Shown: one piece after another, positions 49,928 to 57,673 of the stretch
How the letters are laid out: each line of letters starts with the position of its first letter
How positions within the stretch are numbered: the stretch's first letter is position 1
IMG/VR virus record: IMGVR_UViG_3300027792_000013
Location: 32,001 to 96,000 of that record
DNA: 64,000 nt
Reading direction: 5' to 3' (one strand)
DNA from: a virus
The notes under the pieces: model-generated
Database searches by the model: none
Told to the model about the DNA's origin: nothing
The model's input: the letters and a program-made list of their open reading frames with translations, nothing else
Translations under genes and position numbers: made by a program

Positions 49928-52278
49928 TATTCTGGAATCCCAAATAATAATGATTTTACATTCATTAGAATCGATAGATCATCTATAGTGATTCTTCGAT
50001 CTTCAGAATTCATAATTTGTTGCATAACTATTGGAGATCCTGGTGGCTGTGTTGGTTGACTCCGAGTACCCATATAAGCATCCCCAACCTCTTTAGGAGA
50101 ATCTTGTTGGTCACATTCTCGGGCTCTAGACAATCTATTAGAAACACTGGCTAATGATATTCCTTTTGGTTGAACGTGCCATGGTTCTTTTTTTCTGCCT
50201 GGCGGAGGCCTAAGGAATGGTCTGTGAAGACCATATTTTCTTAGTAATCCCATTTGATCTATTTTATTTAGATCTTCTGAATTGGCATCAAACGCCCACC
50301 CATATTCATGAAGAGATCTTCCTGGGGGGGCTGCTTTATCGGGAAATTTAGCATATAGATTTGCCTGTTCTTCTGAACTTCTAAATCCGGATGTTATTGT
50401 TAAATTTTTTCCTGTTTTGTCTTTATATTCGGCACCAACCCCGACTAAAGCAGAATAAAGATCTGGTTGTAACCCAGATACATCAACTCTTGAATTAGCT
50501 AAATTAAATGGTTCTTGTGTTAAATCTTGTTTTTCTTCTTTTGGAATTATAGTTCGCATTTTTTCTAAATTTGTTTTTGTTTCACTTGGAGGCAAAGTTA
50601 TTTGAGGTATATAAGCATCACCAATTTGATTTATTTTGTCTTTCCATTTCGCTCCAAATTTTCCTTGTCTCATCCATTTTTCTAAATACTTTACAATATT
50701 AGCTGGTGTACTATCATCTCCAAGGGCATCAACGACTTTAGCCCTCATTTTTGCTTCTTCGGCTTTATTGAGTCCAATTTTTGATCTAATATCTTTCCAA
50801 CGTTCGACTCTTTTTCTTGTTAAAGTAGTTTCTGTATCATCTTGTAATTGGGAAATTTGAATGTCTTCTTGTTCTGAGATTTGCTTTATTTTTTTGTTGG
50901 AGTACATTCCTAGAGCTGCAATAGGGGCACCAAGAACAGCTCCCCCGGCAATTCCACCTAATAAACTACCAACCCCACCAAATCCTGCACCAGCTCCGGT
51001 TGGAATAGCACCTTTCCCCAAAGCTTTTAATCCACCTAATAAACCCCCCGGTTTTGTTAGGGTATCAATAAAATCTGATTTTTTTTCTTTCTTTTTTTCT
51101 TTTTTATTTTTTTCTTGTTCTTCTACAAGGGCAGCAGTATTTTCGGATATTTCTTTTAAAAAGAAATCTCGGTTTTCCCAATCTTCTTTACTATTGGTTT
51201 CCTGGGACAATCTCATTTGTTGGTAGGTATTGTCTTCTACATCTTTTAGAAGTTCTTGTGTTTGTTGAGTTTCTTGTTTAGGAGCAGAATATTTTTCTCT
51301 GATTTTTCTTTCGGTTTCCCATTCTTCAGGGGAACTAGCTTTTAAAAATTCATTTAAACCACCACCCACTTGCTCATACATTTCTTGTGATGATGGTGGT
51401 CTTATACTTTTTTTGATGGTTGGTTCAGGAGTTCCACTAATCTTTTTTTGTTGATATTTTTCTCTAATTCGTTTTTCGGTTTCCCATTCTTCAGGAGAAC
51501 TCATTCTTAAAAATTCACTTAGATCACCCCCGGATTCTTCAAATAATTTGCCTATATCTGGTTTACTTTCTTTGACCGTCTTTGATTTTCTTGTTAATTC
51601 TCCAGAAGTAGTTTCGACATCTCTCATTTGGGCTGAAATCTGCTGTTTCAATCTGTATCTTCTAGTCTCATCCATTTTTCGTAGAAATTCCAATTGCTTT
51701 TCATATCGTTCTCTGGTCTTTGCTTTTTTTTCTTTGATTTTTTGAGTTAACCAAGCTCCTGCCAACATCAAACCAGGACTATCTGTTAATAATCCTAAAG
51801 CTCCGCCAAGAGTTTCCGGTAAATTTTCTTTTTTGAGTCGTTCTTTAAGTCTTCCTTTTAGTGTCTCTTCTTTTAGTTTGTATTGACCTTTTTTTATAGT
51901 GCCGCCCTTTCTTGTAAATTCTCCTTCGGCTATTTTAGTAACTTTTCCAACCAATCTTTTTATTCGTTCTTTTTCTGCTCCGGTTATTTGTTTTTGTCTG
52001 AACATGGTTTCAACAGCGTCTTGAATTCCATGTAGTTCCTTTATATAGTTTCTAACATCACTAGTTTCAACAACTGTTGTCAAACCTTCGATTATATTGT
52101 TGATTTCTTTGTAGATTTCAACTACTTCATCTCGAACGACTTTGCCAGATTTTATATCGGAAAGAATATCTTTACTTTGTAATTTATTGGCTTTCTGAAT
52201 AACAGATTCAACGAATTTTCTTTCTTCAAAAATTTTTCTTTTTTGTTTAATCTCTTGTTTTGTTATCGTATTTGGCAT
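49927..52278 (-). CDS. tape-measure/baseplate-hub-like protein with C-terminal M15 (VanY-like) peptidase
   Basis: Long helical region plus Gly-rich segment; ITSGFRS..EQ..LY...APPGRSLHEYGWAFD...EPWH; follows gp26/gp51. Confidence 0.8.
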   Translation of the reverse strand: MPNTITKQEIKQKRKIFEERKFVESVIQKANKLQSKDILSDIKSGKVVRDEVVEIYKEINNIIEGLTTVVETSDVRNYIKELHGIQDAVETMFRQKQITGAEKERIKRLVGKVTKIAEGEFTRKGGTIKKGQYKLKEETLKGRLKERLKKENLPETLGGALGLLTDSPGLMLAGAWLTQKIKEKKAKTRERYEKQLEFLRKMDETRRYRLKQQISAQMRDVETTSGELTRKSKTVKESKPDIGKLFEESGGDLSEFLRMSSPEEWETEKRIREKYQQKKISGTPEPTIKKSIRPPSSQEMYEQVGGGLNEFLKASSPEEWETERKIREKYSAPKQETQQTQELLKDVEDNTYQQMRLSQETNSKEDWENRDFFLKEISENTAALVEEQEKNKKEKKKEKKSDFIDTLTKPGGLLGGLKALGKGAIPTGAGAGFGGVGSLLGGIAGGAVLGAPIAALGMYSNKKIKQISEQEDIQISQLQDDTETTLTRKRVERWKDIRSKIGLNKAEEAKMRAKVVDALGDDSTPANIVKYLEKWMRQGKFGAKWKDKINQIGDAYIPQITLPPSETKTNLEKMRTIIPKEEKQDLTQEPFNLANSRVDVSGLQPDLYSALVGVGAEYKDKTGKNLTITSGFRSSEEQANLYAKFPDKAAPPGRSLHEYGWAFDANSEDLNKIDQMGLLRKYGLHRPFLRPPPGRKKEPWHVQPKGISLASVSNRLSRARECDQQDSPKEVGDAYMGTRSQPTQPPGSPIVMQQIMNSEDRRITIDDLSILMNVKSLLFGIPE

Positions 52279-52295
52279 TTTTGATCCTCATATAA

Positions 52296-52303
52296 TATTT
52301 ATA
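52296..52303 (-). promoter_or_regulatory. T4-type late promoter TATAAATA
   Basis: Exact consensus upstream of the 52278 start. Confidence 0.75.
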
Positions 52304-52310
52304 TGATGAC

Positions 52311-52496
52311 CTACTTTTTACCTCTTTTCTTTTTTTCTAATTCAGCTATATGTACATCAACAAAAATGTCGAATAGATAAGGTGGTAAATTAACTATTTC
52401 AGAAAAATTAAAAGGAAATCTTTGCAAAGTCAACGAATAATAAATATCTTGTATATGAGAAATACTATTGCTATAATGAACTATGTTGCTAAAAAA
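52311..52496 (-). CDS. gp51: gp51-like baseplate hub assembly frame, no ATG, probably reached by -1 frameshift from gp26
   Basis: Manual translation FFSNIVHYSNSISHIQDIYYSLTLQRFPFNFSEIVNLPPYLFDIFVDVHIAELEKKKRGKK*; slippery T TTT TTA at 52496-52490. Confidence 0.7.
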   Translation of the reverse strand, partial: FFSNIVHYSNSISHIQDIYYSLTLQRFPFNFSEIVNLPPYLFDIFVDVHIAELEKKKRGKK

Positions 52497-53215
52497 AGTA
52501 TAGGATCTCCTGTTCTAAAGTGGATTTCACTTTTACATTCTGGACAATTCCAAGTAAAATCCATTACAATTTTAGGTTCTTTTTTGAACCAATCGAGAAT
52601 TTTTTGATATTGTGCTTCATTCAGATCATCAATGAATTTCTTTTTTCCTTCGGTGTCAAGTTCAAATCTTTCATCTCCAAGCAAAACAGATCGAATATGT
52701 GATTCGAAAAGTTCAAGATTTGCAACTTTAATTGGTTTCTTCTTTTGATCTTTCAAATTTGATAAATATGAGAAATTTGAAAACATCAATTCGATTCCAT
52801 ATTTTTTTTGTTTATCAAAAATAATAGTAGAATCCAGAAACTTTTCACCTTCAACTGATACTATTTTTGTTAAATCGTATTCTGCCAGCTCTGAACTTTC
52901 ATGTTTTTTGCATTTTTCATTTTCACATGTCAAATCAAATTGGATTAAACTACCCTTTGACATCAAACGCAGATTGTACATGAGCCATGCGATTTCAACA
53001 AATGGAAGATCATCTACAATTGTTGGCGTCTTAAATTTTACTGTATTTTTGATTACCTGTACTACCGCCAAATATAGATCCGAACTGGAATCACTGTCAG
53101 CACCCATCAATAAAATTCTTTCTTCTCCCATTCTGTAAGGTCTAATAGAAACTGTTTCTCTTTTTGTAAGCAATTCTACTTGCTTTTCTTCGACTGGTAT
53201 TTCCCATGGATTCAT
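52481..53215 (-). CDS. gp26: baseplate hub assembly protein (start revised to MNPWE at 53215)
   Basis: IRPY...EE.ILLM, DLPFVEI..L...LR..SKG, CENEKC, CPECK; AAGGAG RBS. Confidence 0.88.
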   Translation of the reverse strand: MNPWEIPVEEKQVELLTKRETVSIRPYRMGEERILLMGADSDSSSDLYLAVVQVIKNTVKFKTPTIVDDLPFVEIAWLMYNLRLMSKGSLIQFDLTCENEKCKKHESSELAEYDLTKIVSVEGEKFLDSTIIFDKQKKYGIELMFSNFSYLSNLKDQKKKPIKVANLELFESHIRSVLLGDERFELDTEGKKKFIDDLNEAQYQKILDWFKKEPKIVMDFTWNCPECKSEIHFRTGDPILFLAT

Positions 53216-53225
53216 TTTTTTCTCC

Positions 53226-53393
53226 TTATCGATGCCATGAAATTGAATATTCACCGCACGTTGAGCATTCTGATACTTGAACATTAAAAGGAATATTTGG
53301 GTCATCATCCTCAACAAATTCGTGCCCACTTATTGGACACATATGACGAAATGATAACCATAAACCGCGAATAAAACATATAAGTTTCATCAT
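53226..53393 (-). CDS. small Cys/His protein (55 aa), possible zinc finger; not in the ORF track
   Basis: Manual translation MMKLICFIRGLWLSFRHMCPISGHEF...ECSTCGEYSISWHR with GGAGG RBS. Confidence 0.7.
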   Translation of the reverse strand: MMKLICFIRGLWLSFRHMCPISGHEFVEDDDPNIPFNVQVSECSTCGEYSISWHR

Positions 53394-53669
53394 TTACCTC
53401 CATTTAGAATCTGGGATTGAATTTTCAAATATAAATAGATCCTGAGCTATTCCATTTTCGTCCACATATAATTGAGTGATAACCTGAACAAGATCCCACC
53501 CAACACAAGATTCTGAATTTAAAAATGTTGTAATATTGTCTAAAATTTTTGTACTGTCAAATATGTTTATTTTTTCTGTAATTGAAGGTTTTGGAATTAT
53601 TTTATAGTTTTTCATTTTTTTCCCAAGATATTGAAGGCTCACCATCAAAAAATTCGGTTTCAAACCCAA
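53394..53669 (-). CDS. hypothetical protein (likely start MKNYKII)
   Basis: L...LN.....GW.LVQV pattern (DUF4177-like). Confidence 0.55.
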   Translation of the reverse strand: MGLKPNFLMVSLQYLGKKMKNYKIIPKPSITEKINIFDSTKILDNITTFLNSESCVGWDLVQVITQLYVDENGIAQDLFIFENSIPDSKWR

Positions 53670-53940
53670 TAGTACGAAAATCTTTTAAAATTTCTTCTTG
53701 TATATCATAAACTTCTGTTGAATTGTCCTCAAATTCTGGGAAAAGAGATGCTATTTGTCGCCGTATATTTAATTGTCCAGTACTTTTTCTACCGTTTATT
53801 GCTGCAATAAAAATCTTTGTTTCTATAATTTTAATTATGTCATTTTCGGGATTGAGTGTTGATTGGAAACTTATTTTCTTTGCGATATCTGGTGTTATGT
53901 ACATTTTTTTACTCCTTTTTGTTACCGCATTCAACTTCAA
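53602..53940 (-). CDS. hypothetical protein (likely start MYITP)
   Basis: ORF with GGAG RBS before MYITP. Confidence 0.6.
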   Translation of the reverse strand: MKLNAVTKRSKKMYITPDIAKKISFQSTLNPENDIIKIIETKIFIAAINGRKSTGQLNIRRQIASLFPEFEDNSTEVYDIQEEILKDFRTIGFETEFFDGEPSISWEKNEKL

Positions 53941-54223
53941 AACTAAAGTTGATAAATTCGCTATTAATGGATGCTGTACGTTGAATATAGATATCTATAG
54001 CAAATTTGCCCAATTTAATCATATCAAGAGTATTGTTACTTTCATCACATATAACACTATGGCCGAATATTATGTTTGCGTATTTTAATAAATTTAATTC
54101 CAATTCAATCTTTGTTTTAATCCAACTCCTATGAATTTCATCGTTGGGTTTAAAAATCAATTTTTCAATTATCGGTTCTGTAATTTTCTTTATTTTTGTT
54201 ATTAATTCTTCTTTAGTTATCAT
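53909..54223 (-). CDS. stand-alone tail-sheath C-terminal domain protein
   Basis: FKPNDEIHRS...VICDESNNT...FAIDIYIQ aligns by eye with gp18 FQNNDEFTRS...TVCDTTNNT...FVGDIYIK. Confidence 0.75.
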   Translation of the reverse strand: MITKEELITKIKKITEPIIEKLIFKPNDEIHRSWIKTKIELELNLLKYANIIFGHSVICDESNNTLDMIKLGKFAIDIYIQRTASINSEFINFSFEVECGNKKE

Positions 54224-54269
54224 TTTTGTTTTCTTTAAATAGAGTCGGTTTTTTTATTTTCATTGGTAC

Positions 54270-54539
54270 CTATTGTTCTGGCACGTAGTTCGCCGGATCG
54301 CCAGCAACATAAGCGTTTTTTCCCAATGCTGCCATTAATGCACCCAAAAAACCACAAAGCAGCATCGTCTTTTGTTCTTCATCGCCTCTATAATATGCGT
54401 CATAAAACAATTTTCGCTCGGTTTCGGATGCCAATAATTCCGGATTACAACACGAAAAATCTGGACAACATTGACCTGATTCATAATCATGCCGCGAAGT
54501 ACCCTTTAACCACAATTCTAGTTGTTTTTTTTGAGTCAC
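54270..54539 (-). CDS. hypothetical protein with CCPDFSCC motif
   Basis: GTG start after AAGGGG; 89 aa. Confidence 0.7.
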   Translation of the reverse strand: MTQKKQLELWLKGTSRHDYESGQCCPDFSCCNPELLASETERKLFYDAYYRGDEEQKTMLLCGFLGALMAALGKNAYVAGDPANYVPEQ

Positions 54540-54551
54540 AATTTACCCCTT

Positions 54552-54804
54552 AAAAAAAGGCCAGCGGGCCGGTCGCTACTCCGGCTTGCTCCGGTTGCCG
54601 ACAACCGTAAGTCGCATATGCTGCGTAATGTGGGTAAGTCGGTGTACCTAATCTCCGCAGCGAAGGCGTGTCCGCGATTTTCCACGCCGCCGCTGGCCGT
54701 ATTATTGCTTATGGACAGAGGGCCGGTGTTCTTAGCGCGCTCCAACCGGCGGTTCCATTTGGTTTTAGTACCCCGGATTGCTCCGCCTCTGTCCATATTA
54801 TTGC
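54552..54804 (-). ncRNA. putative structured RNA or cis-element: two GC-rich multibranch domains ending in a U7 tract
   Basis: Stems 54710-54721/54786-54797 (12 bp) and 54559-54567/54690-54698 (9 bp), internal hairpins, GCAA tetraloop; GC far above the flanks. Confidence 0.6.
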
Positions 54805-54871
54805 GGGGGCCGGGCCTGTCAATTCTTTTGATTTCATCTTCTACAGAGTTAATTAATTCACTCATGACTAA

Positions 54872-54898
54872 ATTATAAAGTAGAACAGAAAAAAACTT
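54872..54898 (-). promoter_or_regulatory. AAGTT-N16-TATAAT promoter
   Basis: TTAAGTT, 16 nt, TATAAT; ATG at 54865 lies 6 nt downstream. Confidence 0.7.
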
Positions 54899-54903
54899 AA
54901 TGA

Positions 54904-55146
54904 TTACGCAGTTTTAATTTGTTTTTCTTGAGATGTTAACCTATTAATTTCATCTCTCTTTCGTTTTATCTGAATTCGAATTTGCTCTATTTGTCTTGCT
55001 GTATCACGATTAAGAGTTTTGCTTGATCTGACATGTTTAATTTGATTTTCAAGATCTGCGATTTGTTTGTGCAATCGTTCTTTTTGTGCTTGTTTGTATA
55101 TCTCGGTTGACTTATCACCTTCTAAAAAAATTTCTGTGCCTTTCAT
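54904..55146 (-). CDS. small coiled-coil protein (start revised to MKGTEIFLEG)
   Basis: AAGGAG RBS before ATG at 55146. Confidence 0.65.
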   Translation of the reverse strand: MKGTEIFLEGDKSTEIYKQAQKERLHKQIADLENQIKHVRSSKTLNRDTARQIEQIRIQIKRKRDEINRLTSQEKQIKTA

Positions 55147-55157
55147 TTTAAATCTCC

Positions 55158-55661
55158 TTATTCCCAAGTTACATATAAAAAATTGACAGTGAATTCCAAA
55201 GGTTGATTGGTAAGATCCCAATTCAATGGAACTTCGGAAACCTCTTCCGGAATACAATCCTTGAACGTAATTGTTCTTATAGTTTGCATTGATCTATTAT
55301 AGACATCAACTATTACATCGGATTTAACGTTATCGAAAAAATCAACAGTCAATGTTTTTTTCGAATAAATTGCGTCAAACCATTTGCTAAACCCATTCCA
55401 TACTTTAAACTCAGAATCAGAGAAAAATGTTACTGGTAACAAACTGAAATTTAATCCACTTGGAACATTCAGTTTTAAACCATAATATGAGTACCCAGAA
55501 GAATTTAATTTTTGGCTTGGGAGTACTGCCCCTTTTGCAAAAAAGGTGCATCCAAATCTTCCCATATCTCCAAAATATTTTTGACCATTTGAAACAGTGA
55601 CCTTGAACTTATTTGTTACCGCTACATCTTTGAATTGTGATTTAAATTGTTCAAGGTTCAT
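55158..55661 (-). CDS. tail tube paralog / baseplate tube initiator (gp54-like)
   Basis: F......A..NKF.V, A.LPS, VTF..D, W...I, P.....L.WD, F.V.F.Y..W. Confidence 0.8.
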   Translation of the reverse strand: MNLEQFKSQFKDVAVTNKFKVTVSNGQKYFGDMGRFGCTFFAKGAVLPSQKLNSSGYSYYGLKLNVPSGLNFSLLPVTFFSDSEFKVWNGFSKWFDAIYSKKTLTVDFFDNVKSDVIVDVYNRSMQTIRTITFKDCIPEEVSEVPLNWDLTNQPLEFTVNFLYVTWE

Positions 55662-56173
55662 TATTTTGTGGTGTCACTTGTCCAATAATCATACTTAAAT
55701 GTTACTGAATATTCTTCTGGAGTATCCGTTGTATCCCAAGATAAATTGATTACATCACCACAGTTTTGTGGATATGCCCCTACGATAGTATATGATTTCA
55801 AAATTTCCTGTTTACTACCTAATTGAACTACAAGAAGATCTCGTTTTACCTCTTGAAGTAAACTAAATCCGATATTTTGTTTTGTATTATTTATTAGCTC
55901 GCCCCATTCTTCTAGTTTTCGTCGAATTGTATATCCGATGTCATTATATACATGTACCGTCCAATCTTCATAGTCAGGATCTCCAGGAATTTGAACTTTT
56001 CTACCCATAAAACTCATTGCAAATCCCCCATTACTTTTCGTGGGAATAGAAGCCCCTTTGCAATGAAAACTATGATTCAGTGGGGTTCCTGTTGGAAATT
56101 GAAGAGTAACTAGAAATAACGTCGGTCTAGCGACGTTACCAAACATCGCTTTATATCCTTCAATACTTAGCAT
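55661..56173 (-). CDS. gp19: tail tube protein
   Basis: ARP.LF.V, CKGASIP, FMGRKV.IPGD..YEDWTV..YND, LSWD.....EE..VTF.YDYW. Confidence 0.93.
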   Translation of the reverse strand: MLSIEGYKAMFGNVARPTLFLVTLQFPTGTPLNHSFHCKGASIPTKSNGGFAMSFMGRKVQIPGDPDYEDWTVHVYNDIGYTIRRKLEEWGELINNTKQNIGFSLLQEVKRDLLVVQLGSKQEILKSYTIVGAYPQNCGDVINLSWDTTDTPEEYSVTFKYDYWTSDTTK

Positions 56174-56188
56174 TATATCCTCCTTTGG

Positions 56189-56229
56189 TATAACCAGGAG
56201 GGGATCTTACAAATCCCCTCCTGGTTATA
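56189..56229. terminator. 17-bp perfect hairpin between gp23 and gp19, no U-tract
   Basis: tataaccaggaggggat-cttacaa-atcccctcctggttata. Confidence 0.65.
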
Positions 56230-56255
56230 TTAACTTCTATTACTACGAGCACTTT

Positions 56256-57662
56256 TTACAGATTGGTGATCGTAATGTATCTGTAGTACAGATGCGCACC
56301 AAAAGGATTTTCACCTAGACCGTATCGAGTTTGGAACCAGATCCTGGGCTGACCGTCTTCTTCACCAATACCCTTTTTGATTGTCAGTGGAACATAAGGG
56401 CAATAGTAAAGACCGGCATCCCATTCTGAGGTACCTTTGTAGCCAACGACACAATAGTTAGATGTTGCATAGATATCAACATAGACTTTGTACTTATGAC
56501 CCAGGGTTCCAATAAAAGCACTATTTCCGAGATTAACATCTCCAATACCATAGTCGGTATTTCCGGGACCGTAGTGCTTAAACATTGGAAGACTTTCAAT
56601 CATTGAAGCTACATCAAGACTACAAACAATGAAATTGCCCCGACCTCGTAAAGTATCCTTTGCGATTTGGTTACCAGTTTTGTTGAACTTTTGAATCATC
56701 GACCAAGTCTTTTCTAGGCTCCAACGACCATCCGCATCACCACCTTCATCAATACTCAAATAGTTGAAAGTTGAAGTTCCACCCAACTGAGCCTTTTCAA
56801 TTAGCTTGTCCAAAAATCTTTTGTTCATTTCAACTGCCACTTCATTACCAAGGGCTTTGGTAAGTTCAGCATCAGCATCCATACCATGAACTGATTTCAA
56901 ATCCTGGGCAAGTTCATCAGTGAATTTAGCTTTTAACCGATAGTTATCAGCTGTTACTGTCACTTTCTCGATGACCATTCCGAGTTCTCGAATCCCGGTT
57001 GTTGCAGCTTCTGCAGCAGCAACATTAGCGAACTTTCCATATTCTTTGAAGAGGAACCGGAAATGAGCTTCGTTATCATAATAAGAACTAATTGTGGTTT
57101 CCGCACTAACGAAAGGATTTGCGTTATCAACGCTATCATCTTCCGCAAAGCTACCCGAAGTGATTTCTACCAGTACTGTATTGCCTTCCTTGTATCGAAC
57201 AACACCAACTCCGGCTCCACTACCATTACTGGTAATGGCTCCTTCTTGTACGAAGGCAGCCGCAGAACCTAAAACCATAACACAGGAATTTGAAGCCTTT
57301 ACGGGGTAAGCCGTGTTATTATGATAAACAGTTTTCATACAAAAAACTAAGCCGCTAGGACCAGTCATTGGCTGAACACCAAAAAGATCCATACCAATTA
57401 GTTGAGGAAAACCTCTTCGAATAACAGAGACTAGAACGGGTTCATACTTCTGTATATCGCCCGTTTCTGTCTTTTCTGCTAACAGGTAATCTTGTTTTTC
57501 ATTTTCCAAAAGAACAGCCATAACAGATTTTTGACGATCTGTTAAGGTCGGATACCCGACCCGCTCACTCAAAAATCCAGGAATCTCTTGATTGGTTTTC
57601 GGATCAATGGATGGTTCTGACCATTCCTGAAGTAATTGTGGAATAGGTTTAATTTGTAACAT
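56256..57662 (-). CDS. gp23: major capsid protein
   Basis: LLEN, RR..P.LI..D..GVQPMTGPSGLVF, ELAQDLK.VHG.DA..EL, TLRGRGNF, DAGLYYCPYVPL, TRYG. Confidence 0.97.
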   Translation of the reverse strand: MLQIKPIPQLLQEWSEPSIDPKTNQEIPGFLSERVGYPTLTDRQKSVMAVLLENEKQDYLLAEKTETGDIQKYEPVLVSVIRRGFPQLIGMDLFGVQPMTGPSGLVFCMKTVYHNNTAYPVKASNSCVMVLGSAAAFVQEGAITSNGSGAGVGVVRYKEGNTVLVEITSGSFAEDDSVDNANPFVSAETTISSYYDNEAHFRFLFKEYGKFANVAAAEAATTGIRELGMVIEKVTVTADNYRLKAKFTDELAQDLKSVHGMDADAELTKALGNEVAVEMNKRFLDKLIEKAQLGGTSTFNYLSIDEGGDADGRWSLEKTWSMIQKFNKTGNQIAKDTLRGRGNFIVCSLDVASMIESLPMFKHYGPGNTDYGIGDVNLGNSAFIGTLGHKYKVYVDIYATSNYCVVGYKGTSEWDAGLYYCPYVPLTIKKGIGEEDGQPRIWFQTRYGLGENPFGAHLYYRYITITNL

Positions 57663-57673
57663 AGTTTCCTCCT

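Noticed and set aside
53216-53329. N-terminal extension of gp26 in the ORF track
   Set aside because: It overlaps a separate 55-aa gene in another frame; a strong RBS precedes the ATG at 53215
54552-54804. tRNA, tmRNA, hammerhead or CsrB-like identity for the GC-rich element
   Set aside because: No T-loop GTTCRA or CCA end and no CUGAnGA/GAAA core; the GGA triplets lie mostly in stems and are not clearly above chance
54536-54865. 109-aa ORF as an ordinary protein-coding gene
   Set aside because: Its Arg/Gly/Ala-rich composition is explained by the GC-rich inverted repeats; kept only as a possible leader ORF
55147-55257. N-terminal part of ORF 54904..55257
   Set aside because: It overlaps the tube-paralog gene; the RBS supports a start at 55146
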